From Styela clava (Eukaryota): 64,000 nucleotides of DNA. Under the pieces are notes generated by a model, which saw only the letters and a list, made by a program, of their open reading frames with translations, did not search any database and was not told the origin of the DNA. Below are positions 61,310 through 64,000 of this stretch, one piece after another. The DNA lies in the NCBI RefSeq assembly GCF_964204865.1, contig NC_135263.1, forward strand, positions 10,912,001 to 10,976,000, given 5' to 3'. The position numbers and the translations under genes are program-made. Position 1 is the stretch's first letter; every line of letters starts with the position of its first letter.

Positions 61310-62123
61310 TGTAGAGTTAAGAGGTTCTACAGGTCCTATTTCTGATTATTGGGCTGTCTTGTCAATCTACTTCCGTAGCTAACTCTCGACACAGTAGTAA
61401 CGCACACATAAACACATCCAACTTGTATGAAAGAACTTGTAATGAAAGTATATTTACAGTATATACAAGTCACAGTCCAGTAAAATTCCACAATCAGGTT
61501 AAAAGTTCCACAGTAGATAGATAAATTTCCACAGCAAGTATAACGGCAGTGTAACACAGTGAATGTCAAAACTTGATGTCTGTATGTAAATGTATTGTAT
61601 GTGTATTGTATGATGTGTTGTATGATGTGGTTACAATATATTTGTGTCTCCAGCCCAACAACAGTACTTAAATTTAGCTACAAGACACAAAAACAATAAA
61701 AGAGTATAATTAGCCTTCGACATACAACTCAATTAGAACCTATATTACTAAATAACCCTAAACATCCTAACAATCCTAAATTAGCATAATCAAAACCCTA
61801 CAATTTGCAACTCAATGCCGCAAAGTAATCGCAGCTACTAACAAAGAAATTCATGTGACCAGGCCTCATTGCACTGTCTCCCACACTAATAAATAGGACA
61901 TTTAGTATAATACAATAAGAAAAACAAGGGCATGAATACAAATCAGCTGATATAAGAGAGTATTGCACCATCATTGCCAAGACTTCAAACTTTCTCTCGG
62001 TCAGTGACGCTTAATATAAATAAACAAATAAATAAACGAGAGCAAGTCTGAACATGTTTATCGGGACCAGAATAACTAAAACTAATAGGTTAGTTCACGA
62101 AAGTTAAATTTCTGCCTGTAACA
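61310..62123 (-). repeat. 5' LTR of the BEL/Pao element
   Basis: Direct repeat of 56589-57402, upstream of gag on the minus strand. Confidence 0.97.
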
Positions 62124-62416
62124 GAAGTCATTGTTCAGTGCCGACAATGTAGAGAATATAGGACAGATCGTAGCACATATTTCTTGTAGTAAAAGCGTCT
62201 TTTCCGTAAAACGTGCAACTTTTGGACGTGGGAACAAGGCAATATTTGTTACTAAATTTTTAAGGAACATTTTAAAATCATTTTCAGGTAGTTACCTGAT
62301 GTGCGCTACGAAACTCATTTTCTAGGCGTTTTTCAGGGCCTCGGCTCGCGGCCTAATATGTTAATGAAGATTGCAACTGGATTGAAAATATTACGCGGAA
62401 ATAATAAGTGCGCACA

Positions 62417-63600
62417 GATAGATAGATAGATAGTTTATTTCGAAAACTTCATAGCAAACCTAAATTTAAAATGGAGAATTCTGGAGGGCAAGCAAAACCT
62501 GCAAAAAAGTTTAAAACATGAAGTATCTCATGTGCCTGCCCACCAGCACGCACACAAAAACACAAGCCCAATTAAATGAAGCTTGGGCCAAACTTAAAAA
62601 ACAAAATACACGATAGTAATAAACTTTCGGGCTGTTGTACTCTCTTTCAACAATTACGTTGATAATGACCAATACCTACAACCTCATGCAAAGATAATGT
62701 GGGGAGTGGAATGTAATAAATTTGCGACGATAGTCATACTCATGAAGCCATGAAAGCTTTGGGAAAAACCAAGCCACGAAAAACTACACTGATTGCTAGA
62801 TTGGGCATTGCAGAAAAGGTGATAAGTGGTTTCATATACAAACAAACGCAAAACCATGGCGGCAAATTCGGTGTGCGGACACTCATAAAAGCAATTATTA
62901 GGAAAAACACTAATCACACATGAGCAGGTCTGTAGCCTAATTGATACATTGACGTGGCCAACATTGTTAAAACAGTACCGGTATACACACAGAGAGAACA
63001 AATCAAAAATATGCCACTAAATGAATGTTTAAAAATGTTACACTGTAAGTTACACTGCAAACTATTTACACATATATAGTTGAATACTCGGTATTCAAGC
63101 GGAATTTCTAGAAATAGCAGTATATCATACTCTTTGTCACAAAATAAAATATCTGAATCAATCCCTGTTGTATTCATCTTTCGATTTTGTTATGATGTCC
63201 GTATGTTGTCTCAGTTTTCGTATCAGATTGAAATTTCATATTTATACAGTTGGGAAAGGGAGTTAATAAAACAGCGATAAAGTTGGAGTTTTTATAACAT
63301 TTATAAAATATTTTTGTTTTTTCTTCTAATTGATGATTGTTTAAAAACATTAGTTTCAGTTTACAGTATTCGTTCCACAATTTTAACCGCGTAGGATTTG
63401 ATTTAAAACATGGTACATACAACCTGACAATTGCGTTTGCTTAAAATTATTTATGTTGGTACGATCAGGTGGTGTTGAAGTATTAAAATAAAGCTAATAT
63501 TTCAAAAAAACTTCTCTTTACATGCTATATTTAAATGTTAATAATATAACAGTACTTTACTGTTAAAATTGTAAAAATTATGGTGATTATTATTTTATGT
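62417..63600 (-). mobile_element. Probable decayed 3' end of a LINE (CR1/L2-group)
   Basis: Minus strand ends in AATAAA followed by a (CTAT)n tail (62417-62440); the peptide RLYVPCFKSN..LKLWNE...FYKCYK (about 63290-63430) resembles the RT C-terminal KLWN motif. The 5' boundary is a guess. Confidence 0.4.
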
Positions 63601-63692
63601 TCTTTTTCCATTAAATAAAATAAAGCGAATGAAAAATCAAATAGCCTAAGACTGTTTCTGTGTTTCGACTTCTTTAAAAATAGCACTAGCAT

Positions 63693-63809
63693 ATGAAGAT
63701 GCCTGGTCAGAATGCAGATGATCCAATCCTCGAAGTTTGGGCATCAAATGTTGACGAAGAATTCAAAAAAATTAGGAAGTTGATTCATCATTATCCTTAT
63801 GTTTCTATG
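63693..63809 (+). CDS. CNOT7: First coding exon of the CCR4-NOT deadenylase subunit CAF1 (CNOT7/8)
   Basis: PILEVWASNVDEEFKKIRKLIHHYPYVSM followed by a GTAAG donor exactly before the expected DTEFPG motif; the gene continues beyond the window. Confidence 0.88.
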
Positions 63810-63894
63810 GTAAGCGTTTTATCATATTGCAACAGGCTGGATGATTACCGGTACAATAATCCATTTTACTGTTATATAATGTTGTATTTTTTAT

Positions 63895-64000
63895 ATCCAA
63901 GCTTCTGAAAACTAATACCTGGCTAACTAACCCCATACCTGACATGAACTGGTCACCGTTCGAGAGGCCGTGGTTTGCCATATGATTAAGCCGTCTTATC
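63895..64000 (+). mobile_element. Partial copy of the SINE-like repeat in CNOT7 intron 1
   Basis: Reverse-complement homology to 17975-18070. Confidence 0.6.

Larger units (their letters stand above)
56589..62123 (-). mobile_element. BEL/Pao LTR retrotransposon, internally deleted, recent insertion
   Basis: Two 814-bp TG..CA LTRs; 5-bp duplication GAAGT (56584-56588, 62124-62128); PPT-like AGAGGCCGGAA adjacent to the 3' LTR (57413-57403); single gag-pol ORF. Confidence 0.97.
53865..62355 (+). mobile_element. Decayed Academ-superfamily DNA transposon with long TIRs, interrupted by an LTR element
   Basis: Termini TAGGCCGCGAGCCGAGGCC / GGCCTCGGCTCGCGGCCTA with 3-bp duplication ATA (53862-53864, 62356-62358). 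About 350-bp imperfect TIRs: 53865-54220 versus 56470-56588 plus 62129-62355. TAG..CTA ends, a 3-4 bp TSD and a C-terminal Cys-rich finger are Academ hallmarks. Confidence 0.8.

Overview
AT-rich, intron-rich animal genomic DNA, probably an ascidian tunicate (inferred from compactness, intron-dense Pou4 and chordate-like proteins). I reconstructed eight genes by hand, checking splice sites and reading-frame phase: OBI1/RNF219 (-, runs off the left edge), SLC10A7 (+), TTC29 (+), POU4/Brn3 (-, flanked by about 12 kb and 8 kb of non-coding DNA), a HIPK4-like kinase (+), POLR2D (-), an intronless RDH11-14-like SDR (-) and the first coding exon of CNOT7/8 (+). The right end is a transposon nest. A decayed Academ DNA transposon (53865-62355, TAG..CTA ends, ATA target duplication) carries in its right TIR a very young BEL/Pao LTR retrotransposon (56589-62123, 814-bp LTRs identical by eye, GAAGT duplication) that lacks RNase H and integrase. 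The best candidate for a new system is in this BEL/Pao element. It has no tRNA primer-binding site. Instead, the 12 nt at the PBS position are perfectly complementary to an LTR segment 31 nt downstream of a TATA-like box, which is the signature of Tf1-type tRNA-independent self-priming in a superfamily regarded as tRNA-primed. Other notable points are an ancestral POU4 gene block combining the neighbours of human POU4F1 and POU4F2, an invertebrate HIPK4-like kinase, a candidate RDH-POLR2D operon whose 5' end is occupied by a transposon TIR, and POU, Hes/E-box and DR4 motif clusters around Pou4. No database searches were run; all homology calls are from recalled motifs.
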